Program-made: the position numbers and the translations under genes
Assembly: GCA_036231405.1 (NCBI GenBank)
Contig: JAZAHK010000003.1
Span: forward strand, 1-64,000
Length of the DNA stretch: 64,000 bases
Reading direction: 5' to 3'
Source: Nitrospinota bacterium
Lineage (GTDB): Bacteria; UBA8248
Shown here: positions 1 through 10,124 of the stretch, piece by piece
Numbering within the stretch: position 1 is the stretch's first letter
Layout: each line of letters opens with the position of its first letter
The notes under the pieces: model-generated
What the model was told of the DNA's origin: nothing
The model's input: only the letters and a program-made list of their open reading frames with translations
The model's database searches: none

Positions 1-84
1 CTCCTCAGTCAATTGAGAAACAATGCCCTCTTTCTCGCGCAGGCGCTGGAGTCGTTCTGGCACTGAGCCTTTTTCCATGTGCAT
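1..84 (-). CDS. 5' end of an ORF running off the left edge (MHMEKGSVPERLQRLREKEGIVSQLTEE...)
   Basis: ATG at 84 preceded by a purine-rich GAAGGGCGGGG; frame stays open to position 1; co-directional with the two upstream genes. Confidence 0.4.
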   Translation of the reverse strand, partial: MHMEKGSVPERLQRLREKEGIVSQLTEE

Positions 85-197
85 CCCCGCCCTTCTCGAT
101 TGATCAAGTACCGATTCCGAACATAGTTTACAACTACAGGACGACTCACCCCGGCCTCCGGCCAGGCATTGACCGTCCATTGCTTGAGAAGTCGGGA

Positions 198-1544
198 CTA
201 GCTTAGAAACACACCGGCAACAGGAAGCACCGAAAGCGAAGCCAGCAACGATGCTGAGGTCGCGATGGATGACTGGCGTACCCATCGAGCAAGGTCTACT
301 GGGCAATCGTCTAACTGTGGCTGAAGACGCAGAAACACGATAGATGTAGTCAGTAACAACACCAATGTGATGAGCCCAACAAATACGATCGGAGACGTCA
401 ACCCGTATTTCGCTCCATATGGAAGCATAACGATCAACCAAGCCGGGGTGATCACCCTTCCGAGCAGTGCAGGCGGGGCGAGTCTACTCCTGCCAAGATG
501 CTCACGCGACACACCCAGCATTACCAGATTGGCCCCAAAGCCCAGGGCATAGGGAAAAAATAGGTCAAGCCCGGGCAGACCGATTCCAATGATCAGCCAG
601 GACAGACTGACCCCGGTTATGGATAACAGTGCGTAGACCGTATGTGGATTACGGCGTTCATCTGCCGAGACATTAGAGGACAGCCATGTCCCAACCAGAA
701 ACATCAGAACTGGCACGGCAAGCCAATAGACACCGGCAAGGACCCAGATTGAATAGGCAACCAGGATTCCGCCTAACAAGGCACTGTCGTCAAAAGTGCT
801 GCGCTTTCGCCAGGCCAGGACAAATATCCCCAAGGCAAGTATCACCAGCCCCTGCAGCACTAACTCGCTAAACTCCATCACAAGGAAAGTCTGCAGCAAG
901 GCAAAAACGCTCACCGGGATAAACAGATTGTCCAACCCCCTCCAGGCGCTTGCTTCGACCATCATCACAACGACACCAATCAGACCGCCAATCAGTAACG
1001 ATTCCGGGCGGCCAATACCGGAGAACAACAACAAACCGATATGGGCTGTGAGGAAGGTTACAAACAAAAATGCGATTGACCCTTCAACCGACTTGTGCCC
1101 TTCCAGCGTGGAATAGTGGATGCGTCCGTAGAAGATGCCAATCAACGCCGCTACGGCATCAGAAACTGCGAGGATCAATATTGGCAGGGTATACAAGAGT
1201 GCGTTGTCCCGCGCCAGGGTAAACAGCAACGCGATTGCAATAGGAAACAACAACTCGCCCCACGAAACCCGTTCGACCCCGTGCACAACATTCTGTAGTG
1301 AGCTGACTGCCCCGCTTCGTACAATCAGCAACGCCGGTAGGCTGAGCACGCTCAGTAACAGCACAGGCCAGAGTTCTGTAAAGATCCAGGGGAAAATCGC
1401 AGCGAGCAAACCCATCAACACATGTATGAGTTTGCGTGGAATCTCCGGATGGAGGTGGAGGCGTTTATTGAGATACTGAACGCCGAGAAACGCGCCCGCG
1501 AGACTGGCCAGCACGACCGCAATGCCCAACCATGAATTCACCAC
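198..1544 (-). CDS. Phytol/dolichol kinase-like (CTP-dependent polyprenol kinase / cytidylyltransferase family) membrane protein with an extra C-terminal membrane domain
   Basis: RKLIH, D-AVAALIG, KSVEGS and GLDNLFIP motifs; highly hydrophobic, 448 aa. Confidence 0.75.
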   Translation of the reverse strand: MVNSWLGIAVVLASLAGAFLGVQYLNKRLHLHPEIPRKLIHVLMGLLAAIFPWIFTELWPVLLLSVLSLPALLIVRSGAVSSLQNVVHGVERVSWGELLFPIAIALLFTLARDNALLYTLPILILAVSDAVAALIGIFYGRIHYSTLEGHKSVEGSIAFLFVTFLTAHIGLLLFSGIGRPESLLIGGLIGVVVMMVEASAWRGLDNLFIPVSVFALLQTFLVMEFSELVLQGLVILALGIFVLAWRKRSTFDDSALLGGILVAYSIWVLAGVYWLAVPVLMFLVGTWLSSNVSADERRNPHTVYALLSITGVSLSWLIIGIGLPGLDLFFPYALGFGANLVMLGVSREHLGRSRLAPPALLGRVITPAWLIVMLPYGAKYGLTSPIVFVGLITLVLLLTTSIVFLRLQPQLDDCPVDLARWVRQSSIATSASLLASLSVLPVAGVFLS

Positions 1545-1580
1545 GTTCTCCGTTCTTTCGGTCTCACACTCTGGCGTTAC

Positions 1581-2858
1581 TCAACGGCCCGTTCCTCGAG
1601 CCAATTGCTGATGCGCCCTTGAGAAGTCACCGGCACACATGGCTCCAATGATTGATATTTCACCTGCAAGAGTCAGTGCTGACGCCACTTCGGCAAAAGC
1701 TTGGGCATGACCGGCCCCTTCCAGTCCAAGCAATTTAAGGCAGGCCTGCTGACTGGGAAGACTGGTACCGCCGCCAACAGTTCCAACAATCAGGTTGGGC
1801 AGGATGACGGAACAGTACAAGTCCTGATCGGGTGTCAATTCGAACCGGGTGACGCCGACTGCTGATTCGGAAACGCAGGCTGCATCCTGACCACAGGCTA
1901 TGTACATAGCAGCCAGCCCGTTCGCATAGTGCCCCTGCACGCCAATGGTGCCACTCAGTACCCCACCCATTGCGGACATCGTCCAGAATTCGACCATTCG
2001 CTGGGGAGTGGTATGCAAGACTGCTTCTACCAGTTTCTTCGGTAGGATGACCTCGGCAGTAACCTTTTTTCCCCGAACTGACATAAATGACTGCGCGCTG
2101 GCCTTCTTGTCACCAGACAGGTTGGCCTCTATAAAGAAATACCGTGGCTGAACAGGTGAGTTTTCCTTTATATAGGCACAGATTGCCTGGGTGGCTATGG
2201 TAACCATATTCTGACCCGCAGCATCCCCAGTTTTGTAATCAAACCGCAGATAGACATGGTTTCCCTCCAAGGTGATCTGCAGGTCAATTAATTCGCCATG
2301 GCGTGTGGTCGTGGCCGCTACGCTTTTGAATGTTTCAAGCTGTGGGACAACCCAAGCAACGAACAGACCCGCTTGCCGAAGATCGTCAAAAGCGAAGCCG
2401 GGCGCACGGGAGACACCCTCACTCAGCAACAATGCGGTTGCACCGCCTGCCTTGCTGATGAGTTGTGCGCCGCGGCTGTATGAGGCAACGAGTGCAGCCT
2501 CTGTGGTGGCTAGTGGTACAAAATAATTACCCTGTGCAAACAAACCATTTACACGCAAAGGTCCAGCAATACCCACGGGCACTTTCACCGTGCCAATGAA
2601 ATTCTCGATATTCCGCTGGTACACCTCCATATCTGTGGCGGTCTTAGAATCCAAAAGCTGCTCACGTGCTTGGTCTGCACCGGCAAACATCTCCCAGCGC
2701 TGATCAACATTTTCAGCGCTGATATCCATAGCCCGAGGAATGCTAGGGCCCGCCTCATCAAACTTCGGACGAAGCGCTTGATTCACTTCACCGATGGTTC
2801 GCTCGTTCAGCAGCTTCTTCAGATAATCATTGGCACGATTAAAAGGGATCGCCATCAC
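1581..2858 (-). CDS. hmgA: Hydroxymethylglutaryl-CoA reductase, class I-type (catalytic domain only)
   Basis: ENFIG, PLATTEAALVAS, DAAGQNM, GQDAAC and GTVGGGT motifs, C-terminal catalytic His (RAHQQL); start may be ATG 2855. Confidence 0.9.
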   Translation of the reverse strand: MMAIPFNRANDYLKKLLNERTIGEVNQALRPKFDEAGPSIPRAMDISAENVDQRWEMFAGADQAREQLLDSKTATDMEVYQRNIENFIGTVKVPVGIAGPLRVNGLFAQGNYFVPLATTEAALVASYSRGAQLISKAGGATALLLSEGVSRAPGFAFDDLRQAGLFVAWVVPQLETFKSVAATTTRHGELIDLQITLEGNHVYLRFDYKTGDAAGQNMVTIATQAICAYIKENSPVQPRYFFIEANLSGDKKASAQSFMSVRGKKVTAEVILPKKLVEAVLHTTPQRMVEFWTMSAMGGVLSGTIGVQGHYANGLAAMYIACGQDAACVSESAVGVTRFELTPDQDLYCSVILPNLIVGTVGGGTSLPSQQACLKLLGLEGAGHAQAFAEVASALTLAGEISIIGAMCAGDFSRAHQQLARGTGR

Positions 2859-3287
2859 CTGCCTCTGTCTTTGCGCATTTCCGTACCCTTAGTTTATACG
2901 TACTTTCAGGCTCCCCACGGGCTGTAGGAAAACAGATTTATGCATCAGATTAAACGTCGGCCGGGATGTCAGCACGCTAACCCACCCGTCCAAAGCCGGT
3001 CCTCCTGATAAAGGAGAAGATGAGGCAACCACAAAATGAAAAACAGTCTCTCGGATACTGCAGCCCACGCTCACACCAAAGCGAAGCTGGCTGAGGCTAG
3101 CCAGTAAAGCCAAACCGGTACTCTTCTTGAAAACGCGGACTACTCGGACAGTAGTCGACCAATAGAACGGGCAGCACGGACAACATCCATTCAGGGGCAA
3201 AGGTGATCTTGAGCCTCACCCGGCCCATGGTGTGATCTAAGATTCACCACGAAGGTGAGCGCCAGCACACTGGAAGTATTGGTGGGC

Positions 3288-3365
3288 TGGCGTCCCCAAG
3301 GGGATTCGAACCCCTGTTGCCGCCGTGAAAGGGCGGTGTCCTGGACCAAGCTAGACGATGGGGAC
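3288..3365 (-). tRNA. tRNA-Glu (UUC)
   Basis: Minus strand reads GTCCCCA...CCGCC-CTTTCAC-GGCGG...GGTTCGAATCC...TGGGGACGCCA; cloverleaf with encoded CCA. Confidence 0.97.
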
Positions 3366-3490
3366 ACACATGAATTTTTTCTAATCGAAATACAAAAAAT
3401 CCAAAGCGAGATTTATACTTCTTTTTTTCACTCTAGTCTAGGGACTTAGCACAATCTAGGATGCAAAACAATATCGAAAGTACGCACGGT

Positions 3491-5167
3491 TTAAAAATCT
3501 GTCTTTAAAAATCCATGCTTTTTTATTAACGCAATTTTTAGCTCTTCTCGTTTATTTTTTAGAGTCGTGGTCTTGGGTAAAGATTCATCTGGCCAAACGA
3601 AAAAATCCGTAATTTTTTTATAATCTGCCATACTATCCAAAGACTTCTTTACCTCGTTCTCTACATGTTGCAACCTTTCTAAAGCACTATTCCCTTTATG
3701 GAGTTCCTCTTCAAGAAGGACAACTGCAAACACCTCTTCACTCCCTGTCTTTGTTTTCTTCCCCATAACACACACCTCTTGAAAGAAAGGGTTTTTTAAC
3801 AATTCTTCCTCTATTTCCTCAGGGTAAATGTTCTTGCCCATTTCGTTGATAATTACATTTTTAATCCTTCCGCATACAGTCAGATTTCCGTATTCGTCAA
3901 CACGACCAATATCCCCAGTTTTAAACCATTCTCCACTAAAAACTTGATTAGTAAGCTCAACGTTTTGATAATATCCCTTCATAACATTTGGTCCTTTAAT
4001 CCAAATTTCTCCCTCTTTTTCTTCCATTGAATCTACTGATTGAATTCGAACCTCTACTCCAGGAATAGGAGGACCTACAGCGTCAAAAAATCTTCTGATT
4101 CCTGGAAGGCTTGAGTTTGTCACAGGAGAAGTCTCTGTTAATCCGTACCCTTGGATAACTTCAATACCTAAAGCGATCATATCTATCAAAATTCCTGCAT
4201 TAAGTGCGGCACCGCCACTCACCAGATAACGTAAGTTAGGACTAAGCGAATCTTTGACCTTAGGAAAAATTTTAGAGCCCAATCGAAAACCAAATCTAGA
4301 TAATAGGTATCGTGAAAATGAGAACAAAAAGGAAAAAAGCACTCTCTTCAATACAGGAAGATTTTCCACCTCATTAAAGATTCGTTTATGGATCAATCTA
4401 ACAACTGCTGGAACCATAAGACATATAGTCACTTTCTGATCCAACATAGATTCTCCTAACACTCTCGGATTTAAGGAGGAGAGATAATGAACGCGTGCAC
4501 CTGATATAAGTGGAAGTAAAAAACCAACCGTACTTTCAAACATATGATGCAAAGGGAGTATCGAAAGAAAAATATCCTTTTTATTACAATCAAAAATCTC
4601 AAGAACTGCCCTTACATTTGACGCTATATTTCGATGCGTGAGCATAACCCCTTTCGGAATACCCGTAGTTCCCGAAGAAAAAGATATTATCGCAAGATCT
4701 TCGGGTTTTGCTTTTCTCTCCATAGTTTTCGATGGAACAGAGTATTTAGCGTAACAAAAATCCTTCACAGGCAAAGCTTTAAGGGATTTCCCAAGTATCT
4801 CCTGTAATTCTTGAATACGTTCAATATGGACCTCATCAGCTAAAATAAACTCGGTCATAGAACGGTTCAGAATATTCGATATTTCTTTATCACTAAGGTT
4901 GATATCGAGTGGGACAATTACCCCGCTTGCAAAAAGGACTCCAAAGAAACCTACAGACCACTCTGGGCGATTAGACGAGAACATTGCCACAGTTTGACCT
5001 TCTTCAAGTCCCATTTCTTTTAATTTTTCTGCCAAAATCAATGAAAAGTGTAAAATTTGAGTACGACTTAATTCAATCTTTATCCCTGAAGAATTAGAAG
5101 ATGACACAGCAATTTCTTCTGGAAATTCTTTAACTGAATTTAAAAATAACTCTAATAAGGTCTGCAT
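3491..5167 (-). CDS. Long-chain fatty acid-CoA ligase (AMP-binding family)
   Basis: SSGTTGIPKG, QGYGLTETSP, FKTGDIG and GRIKNVI motifs. Confidence 0.85.
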   Translation of the reverse strand: MQTLLELFLNSVKEFPEEIAVSSSNSSGIKIELSRTQILHFSLILAEKLKEMGLEEGQTVAMFSSNRPEWSVGFFGVLFASGVIVPLDINLSDKEISNILNRSMTEFILADEVHIERIQELQEILGKSLKALPVKDFCYAKYSVPSKTMERKAKPEDLAIISFSSGTTGIPKGVMLTHRNIASNVRAVLEIFDCNKKDIFLSILPLHHMFESTVGFLLPLISGARVHYLSSLNPRVLGESMLDQKVTICLMVPAVVRLIHKRIFNEVENLPVLKRVLFSFLFSFSRYLLSRFGFRLGSKIFPKVKDSLSPNLRYLVSGGAALNAGILIDMIALGIEVIQGYGLTETSPVTNSSLPGIRRFFDAVGPPIPGVEVRIQSVDSMEEKEGEIWIKGPNVMKGYYQNVELTNQVFSGEWFKTGDIGRVDEYGNLTVCGRIKNVIINEMGKNIYPEEIEEELLKNPFFQEVCVMGKKTKTGSEEVFAVVLLEEELHKGNSALERLQHVENEVKKSLDSMADYKKITDFFVWPDESLPKTTTLKNKREELKIALIKKHGFLKTDF

Positions 5168-5242
5168 AATTAGAGATGCTCTTGGAATTAATAAAAATAG
5201 TCAATAGACAAAAAATAGGAACATACTAATCTCAAAACACAA

Positions 5243-6550
5243 TCAATCTTCTGATTCAGGAGGAATCTTTTTGCCACTTGGATCAAACTCTGAATCTCGT
5301 CCTTCAAGATCAAGAGTCTCTTGGATATCTGCATCATGTATGTGCTCTAATCGATCTGCAGTATCATGAAAATGACTATGTGGAGCTTGAATTTCAGTCG
5401 AAAGATAAGACTCCCAAAGACGGTGGCTTCTCATTAACGTTATTGATTCGGAGTTTCCTATCGCAGTGAGAACATAAACATTGCCGCGTCGATTAATTTT
5501 TTTGTTAAATTCTAAAAATTTCATTGCTATTGAAAGCCATAGTGGATGATGAATAAAGTAAAGTAAGATATGTTCTTTCGTTGCACCTAAACTATTCTCT
5601 TCTTCTGATCTAAAGATGATAGACAAAACATCTTCTTGAACTACTCTAAATCTTGTAACCATTTTGTTCAAAAGACTTGAAAAAAGACCATATCTTGGCG
5701 AAACAATAACAACCACAAAGAAAATCACACCTGATAGAGTTGCCATCATTCCTGAGGTATTAGTATCTGGAAATCCAAAAAATGGAGGGAAATATACCGC
5801 AGAAAAATGTCCCAAAACAGCACTTAAAATTGCAAAAAACATACTAAGAAAAATCATCAAAGAAAGCCTATCGGTTAATAGATAGGCGGTGGCTCCAGGA
5901 ACTATAAGCATTGCTATCACAATTATGCTTCCGACACTTTCAAAAGCTGCTACTACCGTTATAGCAATTAGACCCATTAAAGCATAATGCATGAGATCAG
6001 AATTGAATCCCAATGAAGTAGCATATTGAGTATCAAAAGTCGTAATTCTTAATTCTTTAAAAAATAAAAGTACAAAACAACTATTCAACAAAAAGACTAA
6101 ACTTAAAACAACAATGGCTCTAGGAATTTCAAAATCGACGAAAGTAATCATATCTAATGCTATATATTCAACTGCTCCATAAAGTACACATCCTGGATCT
6201 AAATCTACCGAATCAGCAGCTTGTACAATAAGAACCAGGCCAATCGCAAAAAGTATTGTAAAAACAACACCCATGGACGCACCTTGGTCCACATTCCCGT
6301 GTTTATGAATCCACTGAGTCAATATAGAAGTGACTACACCCAAAACTGCAGCACCAAGAAACATAGAAAAACTAGCTTTACTAGAAGTTAAGAAAAATGC
6401 GATTGCAAGTCCTGGAAGAACAGAGTGACTTATTGCATCGCCCATCATAGACATTCTTTTTAAAATAAGAAAATTTCCCAATAGGGCACATGATAAGGAC
6501 GCAAGTATCCCTGCACTGACAATCCAAAAATCTAGAACTGTCCATTCCAT
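5243..6550 (-). CDS. troD: Mn/Zn ABC transporter permease with C-terminal DtxR-like metal-binding/dimerisation domain
   Basis: GDAISHSVLPG ABC-3 motif; C-terminal RSHRLWESYL...ADRLEH. Confidence 0.85.
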   Translation of the reverse strand: MEWTVLDFWIVSAGILASLSCALLGNFLILKRMSMMGDAISHSVLPGLAIAFFLTSSKASFSMFLGAAVLGVVTSILTQWIHKHGNVDQGASMGVVFTILFAIGLVLIVQAADSVDLDPGCVLYGAVEYIALDMITFVDFEIPRAIVVLSLVFLLNSCFVLLFFKELRITTFDTQYATSLGFNSDLMHYALMGLIAITVVAAFESVGSIIVIAMLIVPGATAYLLTDRLSLMIFLSMFFAILSAVLGHFSAVYFPPFFGFPDTNTSGMMATLSGVIFFVVVIVSPRYGLFSSLLNKMVTRFRVVQEDVLSIIFRSEEENSLGATKEHILLYFIHHPLWLSIAMKFLEFNKKINRRGNVYVLTAIGNSESITLMRSHRLWESYLSTEIQAPHSHFHDTADRLEHIHDADIQETLDLEGRDSEFDPSGKKIPPESED

Positions 6551-6613
6551 TCTTTAAACTCCTAAGCAACTACTTTTAAAGCAAACGTAAAGTTAGATCT
6601 TTTGTTGCTTTCT

Positions 6614-8026
6614 CTAACTCCTTTGCTCTTCTCCCAATTCTTCCAATATTTTACTTTCAATAATATGTTCGATGTCATCTACAAAATGATCAACGTGACC
6701 TAATCCTACGCCTGCGTAATTCAAAAGATATAATTCCCACAAGTGATGATTTCGAAAAATTCTTACAGATTCCAGATATCCAGATTTCGTAAAAATTAAT
6801 CCCTTTTTAGTTTTTATAACTAAATTTTTAAATTTCGAAACTTCAACCGCTATCATTAACGACATCTTTTTCCAACTCCTGAAATTAAACAATTCTTCAT
6901 AATCAATCATAAAACTCTTCAAATCATCTTCTTTAAAAGATTGTTTTGAATTTGCAATTTCATACATGGAACGAAGTAAATTTTGTATTAAAATACGGTA
7001 CTGAAATCTTAAATTTCGATATAACTGAATAAACATCCCAGATTCAGAACCGAACAGGAGACTAACAAGAAAAAGAATCCCGCAAACAAGTACAATCAAA
7101 GCTCCAGCAGGCAATTTTGGAACCAATGCACTTACTGCAGCACCCAAAATTCCACTTATTGCACCAAGACACGATGAAATAAGAAACATTTTTTTTAAAT
7201 TTGAAGTCCAGAATCGCGCCGAAATTGGAGGAATTATAAGTAACGCCACTACTAAAATTAGTCCAACTGCTTGGAGACCAACGACAGTAACGCCTACTGT
7301 TAAAAACATCATCATCAAATCAAGACCAAAAACAGACCAGCCACGTGCAAGAGTATATTCTTCATCAAAACAAAGAATTGTGAATTCCTTAAAAAACATA
7401 ACTGACAAAATTAGAACTACGAAAGCAGATACGAGAATCAACCAAGCGTCACTAATTAACATAGACGCAGTCTTTCCATAAATAAACGAATCTAGGCCAG
7501 CAGAATTTCCCTCTTTCATTTTCTGAGTAATTCCTAAAAGTGCGACTCCAAAGCCAAAAAAAACGCTAAGTACTATTCCAAGTGCGGCATCTTCGTGTAA
7601 ACGAGTGTAATTTCTAACGAGTAGAATAACTCCTACACCTATAAAGCTTGAGATAAGTGCTCCCGCTAACAATCCGGGTAAAAACTTACCCGTTCCACCA
7701 AGTGAAACCATAAATATAAATGCGATAACTACACCTGGAAGACTAGCATGACTAACAGCATCACCTACTAAAGCGCGTTTACGTAAAGTTACAAAAACAC
7801 CAATCATTCCGGAAGCAAAACCGAATAACATAGTCCCAAGCAAGACTATCCGCGTATTATAATCTCTCAAACTTATAATCCGAAGAAAATCTTCTGAACT
7901 TGGCCAATCAAAATTATGTTGATGCTTTAAAACTAAAGATGAAGGTTCCGAAAACAATAAAGGATTCAAAGAAGGAAGAAGAAGGATTGCAAACGATAAT
8001 AATAAAAAATAAAGCTTCTTTTTCAC
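6614..8026 (-). CDS. troC: Mn/Zn ABC transporter permease with C-terminal DtxR-like domain
   Basis: GDAVSHASLPG motif; C-terminal RNHHLWELYL...DDIEH. Confidence 0.85.
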   Translation of the reverse strand: MKKKLYFLLLSFAILLLPSLNPLLFSEPSSLVLKHQHNFDWPSSEDFLRIISLRDYNTRIVLLGTMLFGFASGMIGVFVTLRKRALVGDAVSHASLPGVVIAFIFMVSLGGTGKFLPGLLAGALISSFIGVGVILLVRNYTRLHEDAALGIVLSVFFGFGVALLGITQKMKEGNSAGLDSFIYGKTASMLISDAWLILVSAFVVLILSVMFFKEFTILCFDEEYTLARGWSVFGLDLMMMFLTVGVTVVGLQAVGLILVVALLIIPPISARFWTSNLKKMFLISSCLGAISGILGAAVSALVPKLPAGALIVLVCGILFLVSLLFGSESGMFIQLYRNLRFQYRILIQNLLRSMYEIANSKQSFKEDDLKSFMIDYEELFNFRSWKKMSLMIAVEVSKFKNLVIKTKKGLIFTKSGYLESVRIFRNHHLWELYLLNYAGVGLGHVDHFVDDIEHIIESKILEELGEEQRS

Positions 8027-8042
8027 ATTACGCCCTCTTAAA

Positions 8043-8873
8043 TTATTCTCTATCTAGATTCGACAAAGCCGTGGCAGCTTTATCCAATAAAGTTAGACGA
8101 CCACCGTAAGTTCTCCTTAAATTTTCTTCTGTTAAAACAAAATCAGGCGAACCAGAATCAATAATTCTTAAATTAAGTAAAATAACGTGATCGAAATATT
8201 CACGAACAGTATTTAAATCATGATGAACAGCAAGAACAGTCTTGCCAGAACTGCTAATTTCTTTGAGTAACGTTACTATTGCTCTTTCGGTTCTAGCATC
8301 TACACCTGCAAATGGTTCATCCATTAAAAAAATTTCGGCTCTCTCAGCAAGTGCACGAGCTATAAATACGCGTTGTTGTTGACCACCAGAGAGTTGACTA
8401 ATTTGTCGATTATAAAAATCTTCCATCCCTACTCTCCGGAGACACTCCATTGCAAATTCTTTATGGCGTCGTAAGACTGGAAGACACCATCCAATCTTTC
8501 GGTACATACCCATAACCACGGTATCCAGAGCATTTACAGGAAAGCTCCAGTCAACACTTTCTCGCTGAGGAACGTATCCAATAAGATGCTTATTTTTTTT
8601 AAAAGTCCGTCCATAAATCTTCACTGCACCACTAGCTATTGGAATAAGATGAAGAATGGATTTTAAAAGAGTGCTTTTTCCTGCTCCGTTAGGTCCAACT
8701 ATAGCAACTAGTTTTCCTTTCGGTATATTCAAATCTACGTCCCAGAGAACGGGTTTCCTATTATATGAAACAGTAAGATCATGAACTGCAATAGGAATAT
8801 CTGAAGGATGCTCATCCATATGAAAAGAAAACTTCTCCGGATTATTCTTTTTCAACTTAAACATCTCTACCAA
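8043..8873 (-). CDS. troB: Mn/Zn ABC transporter ATP-binding protein
   Basis: GPNGAGKS, LSGGQQQR, MDEP and HHDL motifs. Confidence 0.92.
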   Translation of the reverse strand: MVEMFKLKKNNPEKFSFHMDEHPSDIPIAVHDLTVSYNRKPVLWDVDLNIPKGKLVAIVGPNGAGKSTLLKSILHLIPIASGAVKIYGRTFKKNKHLIGYVPQRESVDWSFPVNALDTVVMGMYRKIGWCLPVLRRHKEFAMECLRRVGMEDFYNRQISQLSGGQQQRVFIARALAERAEIFLMDEPFAGVDARTERAIVTLLKEISSSGKTVLAVHHDLNTVREYFDHVILLNLRIIDSGSPDFVLTEENLRRTYGGRLTLLDKAATALSNLDRE

Positions 8874-8900
8874 CTATCCTCTTCAAAAGATTTAAATAAA

Positions 8901-9896
8901 TTAGTGTTTTCTAGGAAATTTATTAAGCTTTCCATGCATTCCCAGAACAGGTGCTTTCCCACCTAAAGATCTTGTGATCACAGTGATATTATGATCTAGC
9001 ATCCCAATATAGGTCCCTTCATATGTCCCAGGATTGCCCATTGCATCAGAAAAAAGAACACCTCCAATAACCACTTTTTTACCTCTGGCACTAGCACCTT
9101 CTATAATGGCCCTTACATTCTTAGATGAAACGCTTGTCTCAACAAAAACAGCTTTGATATTACGTTTTACTATGTCATCTACGATATTATTGATATCCTT
9201 CAATCCCGCTTCTGATTCAGTAGAGAGACCTTGTATCCCTTTAACTTCAATGTCGTAAGCACGTCCAAAATAATTGAAAGCGTCATGTGCAGTAATCAAT
9301 ACCCTCTTATCTTTAGGAATCGAACCTATCGATTTCAATCCATATTTATGGAGTTTTTCCAAATCAGATAAATATTTACTTCCCCTTCTTAAATAATAAA
9401 CTTTATTTTCAGGGTCGAACTTTCCTAATTTATCGATTACTGCCTTAACTGCCATCTTCCATGCTCTTACGTCCATCCATAGATGTGGATCGTACTGTCC
9501 GGCAAATTCATCTGGTTGTAAGAGAAATTTTTCATCTACAAGTTGTGTAACCGCATATACAGGTTTCTTCATCGCAACCCTTATGAGAGCATCCCCCATC
9601 TTTCCTTCAAGCATAAGTCCTGAGTAAAAAACTATATCAGCCCTTAAAAGTTCAAAAACGTCATTACGGGTCGCTCTATATATGTGTGGATCAACACCTT
9701 CTCCAATAATATTTTTAACTTTTCCTTTTTCACCAACAATGTTCTTTACAACATCTCCAACCATTCCAACGGTAGTCGTCACTTTAAATGGATAAGATTT
9801 TGGTGCAGCAGTTAGGTCATTTCGTAGCATAAACAATAAGGCTACGCAAAAAATCATTTTAATAACTAGAAATTTCAACAATGATTTTAGATTCAT
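8901..9896 (-). CDS. troA: Mn/Zn ABC transporter substrate-binding protein
   Basis: GVDPH, DPHLW, TAHDAF and SDAMG metal-ligand motifs; N-terminal hydrophobic segment. Confidence 0.92.
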   Translation of the reverse strand: MNLKSLLKFLVIKMIFCVALLFMLRNDLTAAPKSYPFKVTTTVGMVGDVVKNIVGEKGKVKNIIGEGVDPHIYRATRNDVFELLRADIVFYSGLMLEGKMGDALIRVAMKKPVYAVTQLVDEKFLLQPDEFAGQYDPHLWMDVRAWKMAVKAVIDKLGKFDPENKVYYLRRGSKYLSDLEKLHKYGLKSIGSIPKDKRVLITAHDAFNYFGRAYDIEVKGIQGLSTESEAGLKDINNIVDDIVKRNIKAVFVETSVSSKNVRAIIEGASARGKKVVIGGVLFSDAMGNPGTYEGTYIGMLDHNITVITRSLGGKAPVLGMHGKLNKFPRKH

Positions 9897-9932
9897 TTTT
9901 TCAATCCTTAATAAAATTACATAATATTAATC

Positions 9933-9968
9933 TATGCCTAATTAAATATTTAGGCATACCTAAATATT
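9933..9968. promoter_or_regulatory. DtxR/MntR-type operator upstream of troA
   Basis: Perfect inverted repeat AATATTTAGG-cata-CCTAAATATT (9945-9968), overlapped by TATGCCTAA...TTAGGCATA (9933-9958); the TTAGG-N4-CCTAA core resembles DtxR-family boxes. Confidence 0.7.
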
Positions 9969-10124
9969 AACAATAAACAAAAAATTTAAAAAGTAAAACA
10001 ATACATTTTCAATTAAAATATTTGACATACTGACAGGGGCATGTAAAAAATTATACTTTCTACAGGATGCCAAATCAGTCTCTAGTTTTTCTGGAGATTC
10101 CAATTGATATTAAAAAAAGGGAAA

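Larger units (their letters stand above)
1..3287. mobile_element. GC-rich segment (putative genomic island) abutting the 3' end of tRNA-Glu; continues beyond the left edge
   Basis: Abrupt composition change at the tRNA (mid-50s % GC on the left versus mid-30s on the right, by eye); no integrase or second att copy inside the window. Confidence 0.6.

Noticed and set aside
2889-3449. 103-aa and 64-aa ORFs near tRNA-Glu
   Set aside because: No motifs; the second overlaps the tRNA gene
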